A stretch of 64,000 nt of DNA from Candidatus Bathyarchaeota archaeon (GCA_026014745.1 JAOZHS010000003.1:40137-104136), one strand, 5' to 3'; counted from the stretch's first letter, positions 1 to 10,095 are shown. Notes: generated from the letters alone by a model not told the origin. Translations and numbers: made by a program.

Positions 1-2
1 GC

Positions 3-641
3 ATGAATGAGGTTTCCACCATGGTTGCACATGACCTCCGCAATCCCCTCTCAGGCATCAAAAACGCTGTTTACGTCCTCAAAAAGAAGTATGCCAACAC
101 GTTGGGTGATGATGGGCAAGCAATGCTTAACACAATTGAGGATTGCATTAGCTACTCTGACAAAATCGTGCAGGACCTCTTTGATTATTCCTCTGAAATT
201 CGCCCAGTAAAAGTACCTGCCAGCCCCAAAAAACTAGTCGATGTAGCGCTCTCAAAGTTTGTTTTACCCCTAAACATTGTGGTCATTAATGAAACCCAAG
301 ACGAACAAACCCTCCTAGTAGACCACCTCAAAATCGAGCGCGTCTTCACAAACCTCATAAACAATGCCCTAGACGCAATGCACGAAGGAGGAACCCTTAC
401 AATAACCAGTTCCCATGTGAAAGACTACATCCAGATTGATTTTGCGGACACTGGAGCCGGTATGCCCTCTGAGGTGCTTGAGAAGTTATGGACGCCGTTT
501 TTTACCACCAAAGCCAAGGGTATGGGTATTGGTTTAGCGATTTGTAAGCGTATTGTAGATGCTCACGGTGGAAAAATTGAGGTTCAAAGCGTTGAGGGCG
601 AAGGAACCATTTTTTCAGTGTTTTTGCCCTCCTCGAAATAG
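3..641 (+). CDS. Sensor histidine kinase, C-terminal HisKA + HATPase_c part (5' truncated by window edge)
   Basis: H-box HDLRNPL, N-box [11 protein letters not shown]1 DTGAG, F-box PFFTTK, G2 GMGIGL. Confidence 0.93.
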   Translation: MNEVSTMVAHDLRNPLSGIKNAVYVLKKKYANTLGDDGQAMLNTIEDCISYSDKIVQDLFDYSSEIRPVKVPASPKKLVDVALSKFVLPLNIVVINETQDEQTLLVDHLKIERVFTNLINNALDAMHEGGTLTITSSHVKDYIQIDFADTGAGMPSEVLEKLWTPFFTTKAKGMGIGLAICKRIVDAHGGKIEVQSVEGEGTIFSVFLPSSK

Positions 642-744
642 GTCACTGCGTGTTTTACCTTAACTGTACCTTTATCTAACAGTTGGCGATTTTTCTATAT
701 GGTAAACGCAAGAATAAAATGGCATATTCTAAACTCACTTTTTA

Positions 745-1917
745 TTGGAAGGTGCCGTAGCCATAAAAAGTAAAATTAGCAGCATTGGATACGTTAACCG
801 AATCCAAGAAAACATCATGAACATTAAACGCAAAGAACTCGCCAACCTCTATGAGGAACTCAAGGCTGCGGACTGCGTCATCTGTGGAGGCTCAGGTCGT
901 TCATTGTATTCTCTTAATGCTGCCCTAAGCCAAATTGCTCTGGCGCAGGCGGGTGGGCGTAACAAAGTTGTCTTAACACCCGATGACCCTGGTTTTCCTG
1001 GTAAAGACATGTATGAAGCTGCCGCGAACCTCGAACGCCGCTACAAAAAAACCTTGCTTCTCATGAATAGTGGTAGCGGATATAGCGACGACCCCCTTGT
1101 CATGGCCCAGGACCTTGCTAAATATATTGAAGAAAAGAAAAGCAACAATTTCTCCATGGGGCTATTAACTTCCTCTTATGAATCGCCCCTTGCGGACATC
1201 ACTGCCAAATATGGTCGAGTTGTGCAGCTTAAAGGCCGCGGCAAACTCAAACCGAGCTTTGAATATAACGAAACTGGCATGATGGGTGACATCTTTGAGC
1301 TTGGTACGCTGGAGCTCCTAAACGGCATGATAGAAGGGATATTTCGCAACCTTGAAGTCGATGATATCTTTACGCTTTGTGAAGAAGAATTCAAAATATT
1401 GGGTGACATGATTGACTCCCACGTTAACTCCGATACTTACACCCAACTCGTCGACTTACTTGAGAAACGCACAGACCTCTTTTTAGGCGGTAAAGGAACC
1501 GCGAACGAAATCGCCAAAATGACTGGCGTAAGATTATTCCACATAAAAAGCTTCCTAGGTGACAACGTCTACATAACCCGCGGCGTAAACACACCTCACC
1601 CACGCGCAGGAGACCTAGAAATCCTGCTCTCTTACTCAGGCGAAACCCGCCCTGTCATCTTGTGGGCTGATGTCATCAAAAAATTCGCGGGCACCGTGTT
1701 TGCTATAACCGCAAACAAAAACTCCGCTCTTGCCAAAAAAGCTGACCTCAAAATCATCCTTCCCGAAGAGCCTAAACCCAACTTCCCCAGACGATTCTAC
1801 ACCCGCGCCGCCTACGTGCTAAGCCCAATCCCCGTCAAACTTGCGGAAAGACTCGCTGAACGCGGCTTAAACCTGCCCGAATACATCATCAGCTGGTACC
1901 ACTCAGTAACTCAATAA
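745..1917 (+). CDS. Tandem SIS-domain sugar-phosphate isomerase-like protein (two PHI/HxlB-like halves)
   Basis: N-half GGSGRS...NSGSG and C-half GGKGTA...GDLEILLSYSGET...AITANKNSALAKKAD both resemble PHI-type SIS motifs; start codon uncertain. Confidence 0.7.
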   Translation: MEGAVAIKSKISSIGYVNRIQENIMNIKRKELANLYEELKAADCVICGGSGRSLYSLNAALSQIALAQAGGRNKVVLTPDDPGFPGKDMYEAAANLERRYKKTLLLMNSGSGYSDDPLVMAQDLAKYIEEKKSNNFSMGLLTSSYESPLADITAKYGRVVQLKGRGKLKPSFEYNETGMMGDIFELGTLELLNGMIEGIFRNLEVDDIFTLCEEEFKILGDMIDSHVNSDTYTQLVDLLEKRTDLFLGGKGTANEIAKMTGVRLFHIKSFLGDNVYITRGVNTPHPRAGDLEILLSYSGETRPVILWADVIKKFAGTVFAITANKNSALAKKADLKIILPEEPKPNFPRRFYTRAAYVLSPIPVKLAERLAERGLNLPEYIISWYHSVTQ

Positions 1918-2053
1918 ACCCCAACCCCGTTTCCTGTTCAGTTTCTTTTCCATTTAACATTTTAAAAGTGAACAAATCTATACGCCCTAAAATAGCTAAA
2001 AAAGGCAAGTTTGGGGTTTTCAACTACATTAACTTGATCGATCCTTGTCCGAT

Positions 2054-2256
2054 AGACTTGACGCGCCCTTTTGCGGTCACGAACCTATTTGGATGCTAAT
2101 ATTCAAGCTATGCAGAAAACGATAGAGGGGGAGGGGCTAAGCGGGTATATTTGGATCCTATTAGAGGTTCTATGCAGAAACCTAAGAGGGGTAGGTCACT
2201 ATTGGTTGAAAACAAGCGCATTAGCATGTTGAAATCCAGTAGAATGCCCTTGATTA
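2054..2256 (-). repeat. Dispersed ~200-bp non-coding element, copy 1 (inverted relative to 46591-46796), containing two 62-bp-spaced subrepeats
   Basis: Manual alignment to reverse complement of 46591-46796 gives roughly 80-85% identity over ~170 bp; TATTTGGA at 2086/2148, TGCAGAAA at 2111/2173. Confidence 0.85.
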
Positions 2257-2279
2257 GGGTTACAAAAAAGGGGTGGGGT

Positions 2280-2702
2280 TTAGATGGTTGTGAATTGTGT
2301 GGGTATGGGTAGCCATTGTGTTGCGATGCCGACTAATGCGAGTACGAAGCCGATGACGAGCATGATGACGATGGCGACGACGAGGGCTATGATGCTGATG
2401 AGGAAGGCTTTGACCCAGCCGCAATCAAAGAAGTGCTTCACCAGTCCGAGCCAAATCACTAACATCACAAAGTAAGCTACCAGTGTCATGATGATTCCGC
2501 TGACCAAGCTTGCCACGAAGGCGTTGAAGAGGTACATGACGGCGGCGCCAAGCATCACTATCCAAAATGCGTCGGTGAATTTGGCGTTGTTTTTGCCTGC
2601 AAGCAGTCTGCCGCTAAGCCAGAGGGGGGGCACCACAAAGATTACGAGCACTATGACGGTTACTATGAGTCCTATTAGGGAGGCAACTATGTCAAATTCC
2701 AT
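2280..2702 (-). CDS. Hypothetical membrane protein (4 TM)
   Basis: 140-aa ORF almost entirely hydrophobic helices. Confidence 0.75.
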   Translation of the reverse strand: MEFDIVASLIGLIVTVIVLVIFVVPPLWLSGRLLAGKNNAKFTDAFWIVMLGAAVMYLFNAFVASLVSGIIMTLVAYFVMLVIWLGLVKHFFDCGWVKAFLISIIALVVAIVIMLVIGFVLALVGIATQWLPIPTQFTTI

Positions 2703-2796
2703 AGGGGTCTTCTCTTAAAATTGCTTAGTGCTCCTTTATCGAGGTTAGCGCTTTTAAGGTTTGCGTGCAAAGAAGCAACCAAGCCTACCGGAGGTT

Positions 2797-3909
2797 TCAG
2801 AGGCGGAATTTGCCCTTCTTAGAAACATCCGAGCCGAACTCCTTAGCCAACTGCTCAAGTAGCTCGCGCTGTGGACCCGTCAACTTATCAGGAACCGAAA
2901 TGCCTATGCGCACCAACAAATCACCGCGACCGTAACCGCGAAAACGCGGCATCCCCTTACCCCGCAGTGTCACAACTTCCCCGACCTGTGTTCCAGGACG
3001 GATTTTTATCGGAGTCGGACCCTCAAGAGTTGGGACAGTGATTTCAGCACCCAAAGCTGCCTGCGGATAACTAACGACAGCCACATGCCAGAGGTCATCA
3101 CCCTCCCGGATGAAATAGGGATTTTGCCGAACATGCACCTGCACATAGAGGTCGCCGGGTTCACCGCCGTTAGGAGCATAATCGCCCTCGCCGCGCAACC
3201 GAAGTTGCAACCCCTCATCCACGCCAGCAGGTATTTTAACGGTAATTTTTCGCCGCTTACGCATAACGCCAGACCCGCGACAGTTACTGCAAGGCGTCTC
3301 GATAATTTTGCCCTTCCCCTTACAAGTGGGGCACGCGCCAACCTGCATGTACGTGGCAAAACCTACCTTATGCATATTCTGCACACGACCCGCCCCGCCA
3401 CAACGACTACACGTCTTGGTTGTTGTGCCCGCCGCCGCGCCAGACCCGCCACAGACTTCACAGGGTTCAGTGCGGGGAATTTCAATCTCGCGTTCCGCGC
3501 CTCTAGCGGCTTCTTCAAGGCTGATTTCAAGGTCAAACCCTAAATCTTGACCCCGGTTACGTTCCTCGTAACCACCAAAACCGCCGCCACCAAAGATAGT
3601 GCGGAATAAGTCGCCAAAACCCATGTCACGGAAAATCGAGTCAAAATCTGCACCACGGAAAATATCCTCGCTAGTGTATTGTTGGTCAAAGCCAGTGTGA
3701 CCTAAAGTATCGTATTTTTGGCGTTTCTGGTCATCGCTAAGAACCGCATAAGCCTCGCTGATTTCTTTGAATTTTTCTTCCGCATCAGGGGCTTTGTTGC
3801 GGTCAGGGTGGTATTGGAGCGCCAGTTTCCTGTAGGAGTCTTTGATTTGGTCTTTAGACGCGTTTTTTGCAACGCCTAAAACCTCATAGTAGTCTCGTTT
3901 TTCCGCCAT
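2797..3909 (-). CDS. dnaJ: Chaperone DnaJ
   Basis: J-domain with HPD, G/F region, four CxxCxGxG zinc repeats, C-terminal domain. Confidence 0.98.
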   Translation of the reverse strand: MAEKRDYYEVLGVAKNASKDQIKDSYRKLALQYHPDRNKAPDAEEKFKEISEAYAVLSDDQKRQKYDTLGHTGFDQQYTSEDIFRGADFDSIFRDMGFGDLFRTIFGGGGFGGYEERNRGQDLGFDLEISLEEAARGAEREIEIPRTEPCEVCGGSGAAAGTTTKTCSRCGGAGRVQNMHKVGFATYMQVGACPTCKGKGKIIETPCSNCRGSGVMRKRRKITVKIPAGVDEGLQLRLRGEGDYAPNGGEPGDLYVQVHVRQNPYFIREGDDLWHVAVVSYPQAALGAEITVPTLEGPTPIKIRPGTQVGEVVTLRGKGMPRFRGYGRGDLLVRIGISVPDKLTGPQRELLEQLAKEFGSDVSKKGKFRL

Positions 3910-3925
3910 GCAGCCTTACCGTTGA

Positions 3926-4003
3926 ATAAGTGTTTTTTGGACTTTGTAAGGATGCATCAGACCCAAATTTTAGGGTTTCCCTGCTTTGATAAGTGTTTTT
4001 TGG
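3926..4003 (-). repeat. Perfect 15-bp direct repeat ATAAGTGTTTTTTGG (3926-3940, 3989-4003) upstream of dnaJ
   Basis: Exact match seen in sequence, 63-bp spacing. Confidence 0.75.
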
Positions 4004-4078
4004 TGCAGCAGCTTTTCTTGACAGAAACGCTTAGAACAAAAGTAGATTAATTAGGCATTGCAAACGCATATGCCTAAG

Positions 4079-4894
4079 TTATTTTTTGTTGATTCTACGC
4101 ATCAAGATCAGCACGCCGACTACAGCCACTAAAGCAACTATCGCCACGACAATGAGGCTTGTTTGATCCTCAGATAAGTCGCCGAAGAGTTGGCCTAATT
4201 GGTTATCGGGAAAAATCGGGTTTTGAGTGGGGGTAGCTGTGGGATCAGGCCAGGAATAGTAGGGTGTTGCTGTAGGCGGATTCCAATTGTTGGGTGTGGG
4301 GGTTGCGCTGATGGGGTTGCCGTAGGTGACGGTTTGGGTGCCGCTCCAGCCGCTTACTTGAACCGTGTGGAAACTAGCTGAGCCACAATAGGAGCCGCTT
4401 GAATCGGTATAACCGAAGATGGCTTCAACTTGGAAGTCTATTTGTCCGCCTTGTTTGATACCCCAGTTTTGGACGTCAAACGAAACCACGGTGTCACCTG
4501 TAGTGGACGCTGCAACTGCGCTCATGCCATGGCTGCCGCCGTCGTCTCCGTACCAATCTTCAAAATGCCCTTTAGCGCGGACATTATAGTAGAGGCTAAG
4601 AGTGTGGTTTTCCTCATCGAGGCCCGGATTTATGTTCTGACGGTGTATAGTAACGTCAACGGTTATGCTCGTTACGCGATAACCGCCGTGGGGAGTCTTA
4701 ATTTCCTCGCCTGTGTAGGGGTCTTTTGAAGTAGTGTATGTTAGGGGTACATCGTAGGAGTGGTCGATGTATTGCACTGTAAAGGAGGGAACGGGGGGTG
4801 GGGAAACTGCAGATACAGGGATTGCAGTTAACACAAAAGAGACAGCTAAAACAACTGTGATTAGCAACGCGGGGATGGGGTTTCGGGTTGGCAT
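4079..4894 (-). CDS. Secreted/surface protein with signal peptide, Pro/Thr linker and C-terminal TM anchor
   Basis: Hydrophobic N-terminus ending VSA, PTP-rich linker, C-terminal TM plus basic tail. Confidence 0.85.
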   Translation of the reverse strand: MPTRNPIPALLITVVLAVSFVLTAIPVSAVSPPPVPSFTVQYIDHSYDVPLTYTTSKDPYTGEEIKTPHGGYRVTSITVDVTIHRQNINPGLDEENHTLSLYYNVRAKGHFEDWYGDDGGSHGMSAVAASTTGDTVVSFDVQNWGIKQGGQIDFQVEAIFGYTDSSGSYCGSASFHTVQVSGWSGTQTVTYGNPISATPTPNNWNPPTATPYYSWPDPTATPTQNPIFPDNQLGQLFGDLSEDQTSLIVVAIVALVAVVGVLILMRRINKK

Positions 4895-5088
4895 ACTTAA
4901 CCCTTAAGGGGGTTGCGCATATTAAGCTATCAGTAAAGAAACCTTGACTAAGCTTCGTCAAACTTTTTTGACTGCCTAAAAAACGATTTTAACCCCGTTT
5001 TGGCTTCTTTTTTATTCATATCGTTGTACCGGGGCGCTGTCCATAAGCATTATCTAGAGGGCTACACCGCTATAATCTAGGTGTTTTT

Positions 5089-5739
5089 GTGGCTTCAAGA
5101 TATCTCTCCTACACCGACCGCACAGGCGAAATCGCTTTTGCCGTCATCATGGTCATAATCATAAACGGCTACGTTGCCCTAACAGACCTCAATTCTGGAT
5201 TTACCTACATAATCGTGGTAAATTTAGGCGCCTGTGCAAGCTGGGGCTTAATTGATGGGTTAATCTATGCTTTTTCTGGTTCCATCGAACGTAATAACAT
5301 GCGGAATAAGTTGTTAAAGTTGAAAGCCTCCCTTCGGAATGGCTGCACTATAGAAGTGGTGAAAGCAACCTTAAATGACACCTACTTGTCAACCTTTGAT
5401 GACGCAGGCAAAGAAGCCATAGCCAAAGAAATCGTTGTCCACGTTTCAGGGGCTGATTTTGGAAAAGTAAAAGTTCTCACCAAAAACGAAATTATGGGCT
5501 GGCTAGCCATAATCGGCATCTACATGACCGTCGGCGTTTTGTTGGCGTTACCCTTTCTGATTTTGAGCGATAAGGTGTTAGCGTGGATACTTTCTAACAT
5601 TTGTGGCGTAACCTGGTTAACTTGGTATGGAATACAAATGGGAAAAACAGCGGGTAAAAATCGTTGGCTACTGGGCGCGTTTATGGCTATCGTCAGTATT
5701 CTTTTTATCTTGTTCTCTTATTTGGCGTGGGCAAAATAG
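5089..5739 (+). CDS. VIT1/CCC1-like membrane protein
   Basis: Two N-terminal TMs, soluble loop, three C-terminal TMs; 'GEIAFAVIM...WGLIDG' pattern. Confidence 0.55.
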   Translation: MASRYLSYTDRTGEIAFAVIMVIIINGYVALTDLNSGFTYIIVVNLGACASWGLIDGLIYAFSGSIERNNMRNKLLKLKASLRNGCTIEVVKATLNDTYLSTFDDAGKEAIAKEIVVHVSGADFGKVKVLTKNEIMGWLAIIGIYMTVGVLLALPFLILSDKVLAWILSNICGVTWLTWYGIQMGKTAGKNRWLLGAFMAIVSILFILFSYLAWAK

Positions 5740-5755
5740 GTAGGCTGGGGCGACT

Positions 5756-6298
5756 CTAAATTAGAGGGACGCCCATGATTCCTGAAGCTAAGCTTTCAAT
5801 GCCGATTAAGAGGAACACGATAGATACAAAGAACGCCCACGTGTAGACTCCGATTATCGGGAAGAAAATTATGATTATTGCAAAGACTGCGATCAAGATG
5901 CCCATCACTATGAGTAATGCTCGCAGACCACCTGATAGGTTGACGCCTGTTCCGCCGACTGCGATGCGCCCAATGGCGTAAATAAAGAGACCGATACCCA
6001 GAAGTATCACAATTGTGGCTGTCGCAAGACCTGGGAAAAACAGTATAATTAGTGCAACAATTATCGCCAAGATGCCAATAACCGCGTTGGTGCTTCTACT
6101 TGCCGTTGTAAGTGCTGAAGACGCTGCAGTTGCCAGCCGAAGGACACCGACTATCAGAAGAGCAATTGCGAACAAAACAACGATTGTAACTATGATGCCT
6201 TCGGGATAAATCAACGCTAAAATTCCCACTGCTAACGCAATTATCCCCAAAATGATTTCTAACGCGCGGTAGCCGCCCGAACTTTTTGAATCGCTCAT
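5756..6298 (-). CDS. HdeD/DUF308-family membrane protein
   Basis: Repeated 'GIIALAVGILALIYP' helical hairpin units, 6 TM. Confidence 0.8.
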   Translation of the reverse strand: MSDSKSSGGYRALEIILGIIALAVGILALIYPEGIIVTIVVLFAIALLIVGVLRLATAASSALTTASRSTNAVIGILAIIVALIILFFPGLATATIVILLGIGLFIYAIGRIAVGGTGVNLSGGLRALLIVMGILIAVFAIIIIFFPIIGVYTWAFFVSIVFLLIGIESLASGIMGVPLI

Positions 6299-6398
6299 AC
6301 AAAAACCTTCTAAATTGATTGAAACTATAAAACGCCTAAACGAATATGCTTCAATCGAACATAAAAACTATTGCTAGATAAGGGATGCTACAACTATT

Positions 6399-6836
6399 TT
6401 ACCCTACGATAGGCAAGATAGTTTTTCCCCGTATGCTACGTTTCCAGTGCCACAGTAATAACACAACCACAGCAATTCTTAGGTAAATAGACAGAGCCAT
6501 CATCCAACTGAACACGGAGACCGTTGTGAAACCTAAATTCAGGGTGAACAGCAGAGTGTTCTGGGGTACTAACCATAGGCTGTAATAGGTGTTTACGCCG
6601 ATGCTCAGAGACCCCGCTAAATATTTGAGGGCGCCATAGAAGACATCATTCATCAAAGACGCCACCAACCCTAAACCTAAGGTAAGTTCCCAGTTTCGGG
6701 GGTTAAGCAATGTGAACCCGACAAAAGGCAAAAAGTACATGATGACCAGCCAGAGGTGGTAGCCGTTGCTGGGGACAGGAGAAGCTATGTCGATGTAGTT
6801 GATGAAAACCACCCCGTAGACGACAGAGAAGAGCAC
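6399..6836 (-). CDS. Hypothetical membrane protein
   Basis: 145-aa hydrophobic ORF; frame is open further upstream, so the start is uncertain. Confidence 0.65.
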   Translation of the reverse strand: MLFSVVYGVVFINYIDIASPVPSNGYHLWLVIMYFLPFVGFTLLNPRNWELTLGLGLVASLMNDVFYGALKYLAGSLSIGVNTYYSLWLVPQNTLLFTLNLGFTTVSVFSWMMALSIYLRIAVVVLLLWHWKRSIRGKTILPIVG

Positions 6837-7014
6837 AAGATAGAGCAGCTTGCCTTCAAGAACTCCCCTAAGCAGGCTAAGTGGTGTTCGCGTGTTTGGG
6901 GCTGCGTTGGCACCCTGGAGTTCTTTTTTGGCGGTCAGGGTAGGTCACGAAAAGCGCAGCACGACCTGCTTTGTAATAAATCTTATTTTTTGAAACAGTA
7001 ATTTCGCCTGAAGT

Positions 7015-7040
7015 TTGTGACTGTATCGATACAGTCACAA
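7015..7040. promoter_or_regulatory. Perfect 26-bp palindrome TTGTGACTGTATCGATACAGTCACAA, putative operator
   Basis: Self-complementary over all 26 bp; 23/26 identical copy at 17317-17342. Confidence 0.7.
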
Positions 7041-7253
7041 GTTTTTACTTCGCGTTTGGAGATGAGAAAAACCGTCAAAGACCTCGATTAGGGTATCCCA
7101 ACGGTCAATTCAGTCTGCCTCAACACTTCGCCCAATTCGAGGCATCTTAACTTAGCCTTAATCTGCTATACCAAGACAAAAATTAACGGAGAAGGGATTT
7201 TTAACAGATGAAAAGGACTGCTTTACACGTATGAAAATGAAGAGAAAGGGCGT

Positions 7254-8213
7254 TTAAGAGAGCTCGAGGGTTCCTGCAATTCTTAGCTTGGCGCCCTCAA
7301 GATACATCAGCACCGCTTGGTCTTTAGGCTGATAAACCAGAGGCTTATCAAGACTAAATGTTACGGTTGGTTTTCGCCAGTCACCCGCGTCAGATACTGA
7401 ATCCACTTTGGCGGTTACAAACTGCGCCCAATGCCCAACATGCATAACCATACCCTCCTTTAGCGGAGTCTGCCAATACTTAACAAGCGTCGCTTGCGCC
7501 TGCAGTTTGTTGGAGGATTTCACCTCGGGGTCATTGGTTAAGACAGCGCCGCGGTCAAGGTCCTCAACATCCACGTTCTTCAAAGCAAACCCAACACGGT
7601 CGCCCAAGCCTGCAGATTCAAATTCGTCATCGTGCTTTTGGATGCTGCGAACCTGTGCAGTTTTTGTGCCCGGCAACACTTTGAGGTTGGCATGTTTTTG
7701 GATGCTTCCTTTGATGACTATGCCTAAGATGACTACGCCGACTCCCTTCACGTTAAAGGCATGGTCAACGGGGACGGTTCCGATTGTTTGGTCCTCGGCG
7801 GGTTTTATTTGGGCGGCTTCGGCTAAAAGTTTCTCCCGCAACATGTTGGCGTCGTCTTCTAAGAATTCGAAGGTTTCAAGGCTTGTGCCTTTTATGAGGG
7901 GCAAGATTTTTTCTTTAGGAATATAATTTCGCAAAATGAAGTAGCCGCTTTTGATGCCCGAACATTGCAGCATAACAAGTTGTTCGCCTAAACCTGCACT
8001 TAATTCGTCCACGACTACGAGGGCTTTGGTGGCGAGTGCGCAGGCGTAGAAGAGCGGCGCGAGGCGTTCGGGGTAACGGGTAGGTTCGATGAGGGTGACT
8101 GTGGCTTCGCCTTTTTTTAGGTCGTAGAGAGTGATGTCTGTGGATGTACCTTTCTTTGCTATGGTTCCGCTGTAACCTTGTGCGCCAAGGACGGCGACTG
8201 TGATGTTACCCAT
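7254..8213 (-). CDS. Archaeal EF-Tu/SelB-like protein with degenerate G-domain
   Basis: Domain II motif 'VPVDHAFNVKGVGVVILG', 'VRSIQKHD', 'GDRVGFALK'; P-loop, DxxG and NKxD not recognisable. Confidence 0.85.
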   Translation of the reverse strand: MGNITVAVLGAQGYSGTIAKKGTSTDITLYDLKKGEATVTLIEPTRYPERLAPLFYACALATKALVVVDELSAGLGEQLVMLQCSGIKSGYFILRNYIPKEKILPLIKGTSLETFEFLEDDANMLREKLLAEAAQIKPAEDQTIGTVPVDHAFNVKGVGVVILGIVIKGSIQKHANLKVLPGTKTAQVRSIQKHDDEFESAGLGDRVGFALKNVDVEDLDRGAVLTNDPEVKSSNKLQAQATLVKYWQTPLKEGMVMHVGHWAQFVTAKVDSVSDAGDWRKPTVTFSLDKPLVYQPKDQAVLMYLEGAKLRIAGTLELS

Positions 8214-8476
8214 AATGTTTCACCGATGGATATCGCCTACGTGCACCCGAAAGATAAGTGTTGTTGACGCAACAGATTTTTTGTTGATGCCGCCGCTAAA
8301 TTTTATGATGATACGTGTTAAAATGCATGGACGAAAGGTTCTTAAGGTATATAGTATTCTCATAAACGGCAATGTGGCGGAAGCGTTTCGCCAATTCAGG
8401 TAACGACCAATCTCCATGTGAGGCGGGTCAGACCAACTAAAAAGGTTAAAATACTCGGATGAAGAGGTGAAAAGGT

Positions 8477-8797
8477 ATGGAAAACATTTACGCAGCAATG
8501 CTCCTTCACAAGGCAGGTAAAGAAATAAACGAAGATTCCGTAACAAAAGTTCTCGAAGCAGCAGGACTCACTGTTGACGCAGTCCAGGTTAAAGCACTCG
8601 TAGCTTCACTTAGCGAAGTAAACATTGATGAAGCAATCAAAGCAGCCCCAACCATGATGGCAGCAGCTCCAGTTGCAGCCGCAGCAGCAGAATCCAAGCC
8701 AGCAGCAGCTCCAGCAGAAGACAAGAAGAAGAAAGCTGAAGACGAAAAAGCCAAGGAAGAAGCAGCACTAGAAGGATTAGGCGCCCTATTCGGGTAA
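8477..8797 (+). CDS. rpl12: 50S ribosomal stalk protein L12 (P1)
   Basis: '[16 protein letters not shown]', Ala-rich hinge, acidic tail ending GLGALFG. Confidence 0.97.
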   Translation: MENIYAAMLLHKAGKEINEDSVTKVLEAAGLTVDAVQVKALVASLSEVNIDEAIKAAPTMMAAAPVAAAAAESKPAAAPAEDKKKKAEDEKAKEEAALEGLGALFG

Positions 8798-8922
8798 ATT
8801 AGCCTCACATTTCTTATTTTTAACCAATTTTTCCCCAAAACATATTTTACCCCACATAGAAACGTAGCTAAAACGCTACATCACAATAAACTCTAAACTA
8901 AAAAAATAAAACAAAAAAGCGG

Positions 8923-10095
8923 TTACTGGATAGGCAAACCCTGCTCCTCAGGAACAGGATTTGACTGCACAACAACCGTAGCCTCAGCGGGCTTATTTCT
9001 ATTCATAAGCAACGCCACAGCCACGATAGGCGCCCAGCCTGTGAGAATCATCAGGGTTCCGGGGAAGCCGCCGATGCTACGTCCCATAAGCGGGTCAAGT
9101 ATGTTTAATATGTCTCGCAGGAAGGCTTCCCATATGCCAAACGCAACCGACATCGAGATAACCGATATCAGGGCGGTTTTTTTACCAAATTTGTTGAAGG
9201 TCTGAATTGCCAAAACGCCGGCGAAGAAGAAGTCTCCAAGTCCTAAGCCGCGGTTAAGAATCGCCTGTGTTGTAGGGTCAATAATTAACGGAACGTTAGG
9301 TAGATACACAAGCACAGGGAGCCCGATAGATGTAAACGTGTTTGCGGTTGTCATCATAACAGGTGTTACGATAACTAGGACTATGTCCATGATTGTTAAA
9401 AGTATGGCGAAGAGTCCCACGGTTTTCCAGCTAAACAACGAGCTCAAATAGAGTATGATTAGGATGGCGAATGTGAAGCCGAAAACATCCATCAAATACG
9501 GCGTCCAAATGTTAGCTGCACCGCCATAGAATACGTTGAAAAACGCGAAGAGAAGTATGAACAGAACTGGTGGCTGCACTGCAAGATACCACCGTGCCTT
9601 TGCAAGAGCTTTTCTTTGCTCATAGATTATTGAGCCAAAGCAGAAGGCGGCTAAACCAAAGAATGCCACCGCACGATAGATGCTCAAAGAGTCCGCGAGG
9701 GGCGCTGTGAGGCTTGCTGCACCCGCGATTACTGCTGCCGCGCCGAAACCAGCCGAGATAATTTGGGACCGCACCTTGGTTAGGCTGGAGAATATGTATG
9801 AAAAAGTGTAGAGCAACACAGTGTAGGAGCCCAAGAATAGCAGCATGAATACGTTTGTGAACATTTGTTCCGGAGCCACAAACGACGTGACCGCTATAAC
9901 GGAGATAACTATGGTCATGAATATGACAAGCATGATGATGTCGCGGTTTTTGAATTCTTTCTGCTCAACGGTAGCCATAAGTTTTCCTTCAACTCTCTTG
10001 TTGAGGAACATAGCAACCGTTACCACAAGGAAAAGCGCAATTGGCATAGCAATATCTAGAGATGGCATAAACTTCACAATAACCAAACGCGACAT
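8923..10095 (-). CDS. Presenilin/signal-peptide-peptidase-like GxGD intramembrane aspartyl protease
   Basis: Multi-TM; first Asp in 'TIMDIVLV', second in 'GLGLGDFF'. Confidence 0.85.
   Translation of the reverse strand: MSRLVIVKFMPSLDIAMPIALFLVVTVAMFLNKRVEGKLMATVEQKEFKNRDIIMLVIFMTIVISVIAVTSFVAPEQMFTNVFMLLFLGSYTVLLYTFSYIFSSLTKVRSQIISAGFGAAAVIAGAASLTAPLADSLSIYRAVAFFGLAAFCFGSIIYEQRKALAKARWYLAVQPPVLFILLFAFFNVFYGGAANIWTPYLMDVFGFTFAILIILYLSSLFSWKTVGLFAILLTIMDIVLVIVTPVMMTTANTFTSIGLPVLVYLPNVPLIIDPTTQAILNRGLGLGDFFFAGVLAIQTFNKFGKKTALISVISMSVAFGIWEAFLRDILNILDPLMGRSIGGFPGTLMILTGWAPIVAVALLMNRNKPAEATVVVQSNPVPEEQGLPIQ

Noticed and set aside
2086-2195. Calling the 200-bp element a replication origin (ORB)
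   Set aside because: The dyad is TTC-N6-GAA rather than TTC-N5-GAA, and no cdc6 is adjacent; kept only as a hypothesis
4054-4078. TAGGCAT/ATGCCTA inverted repeat
   Set aside because: Sits at a gene end and is most simply a terminator-associated hairpin
7254-8213. Selenocysteine system implied by the SelB-like gene
   Set aside because: G-domain is degenerate; no selA, selD or selC and no in-frame TGA selenoprotein seen in the window
8220-8546. 108-aa minus-strand ORF
   Set aside because: Overlaps the rpl12 start and promoter; no protein-like motif
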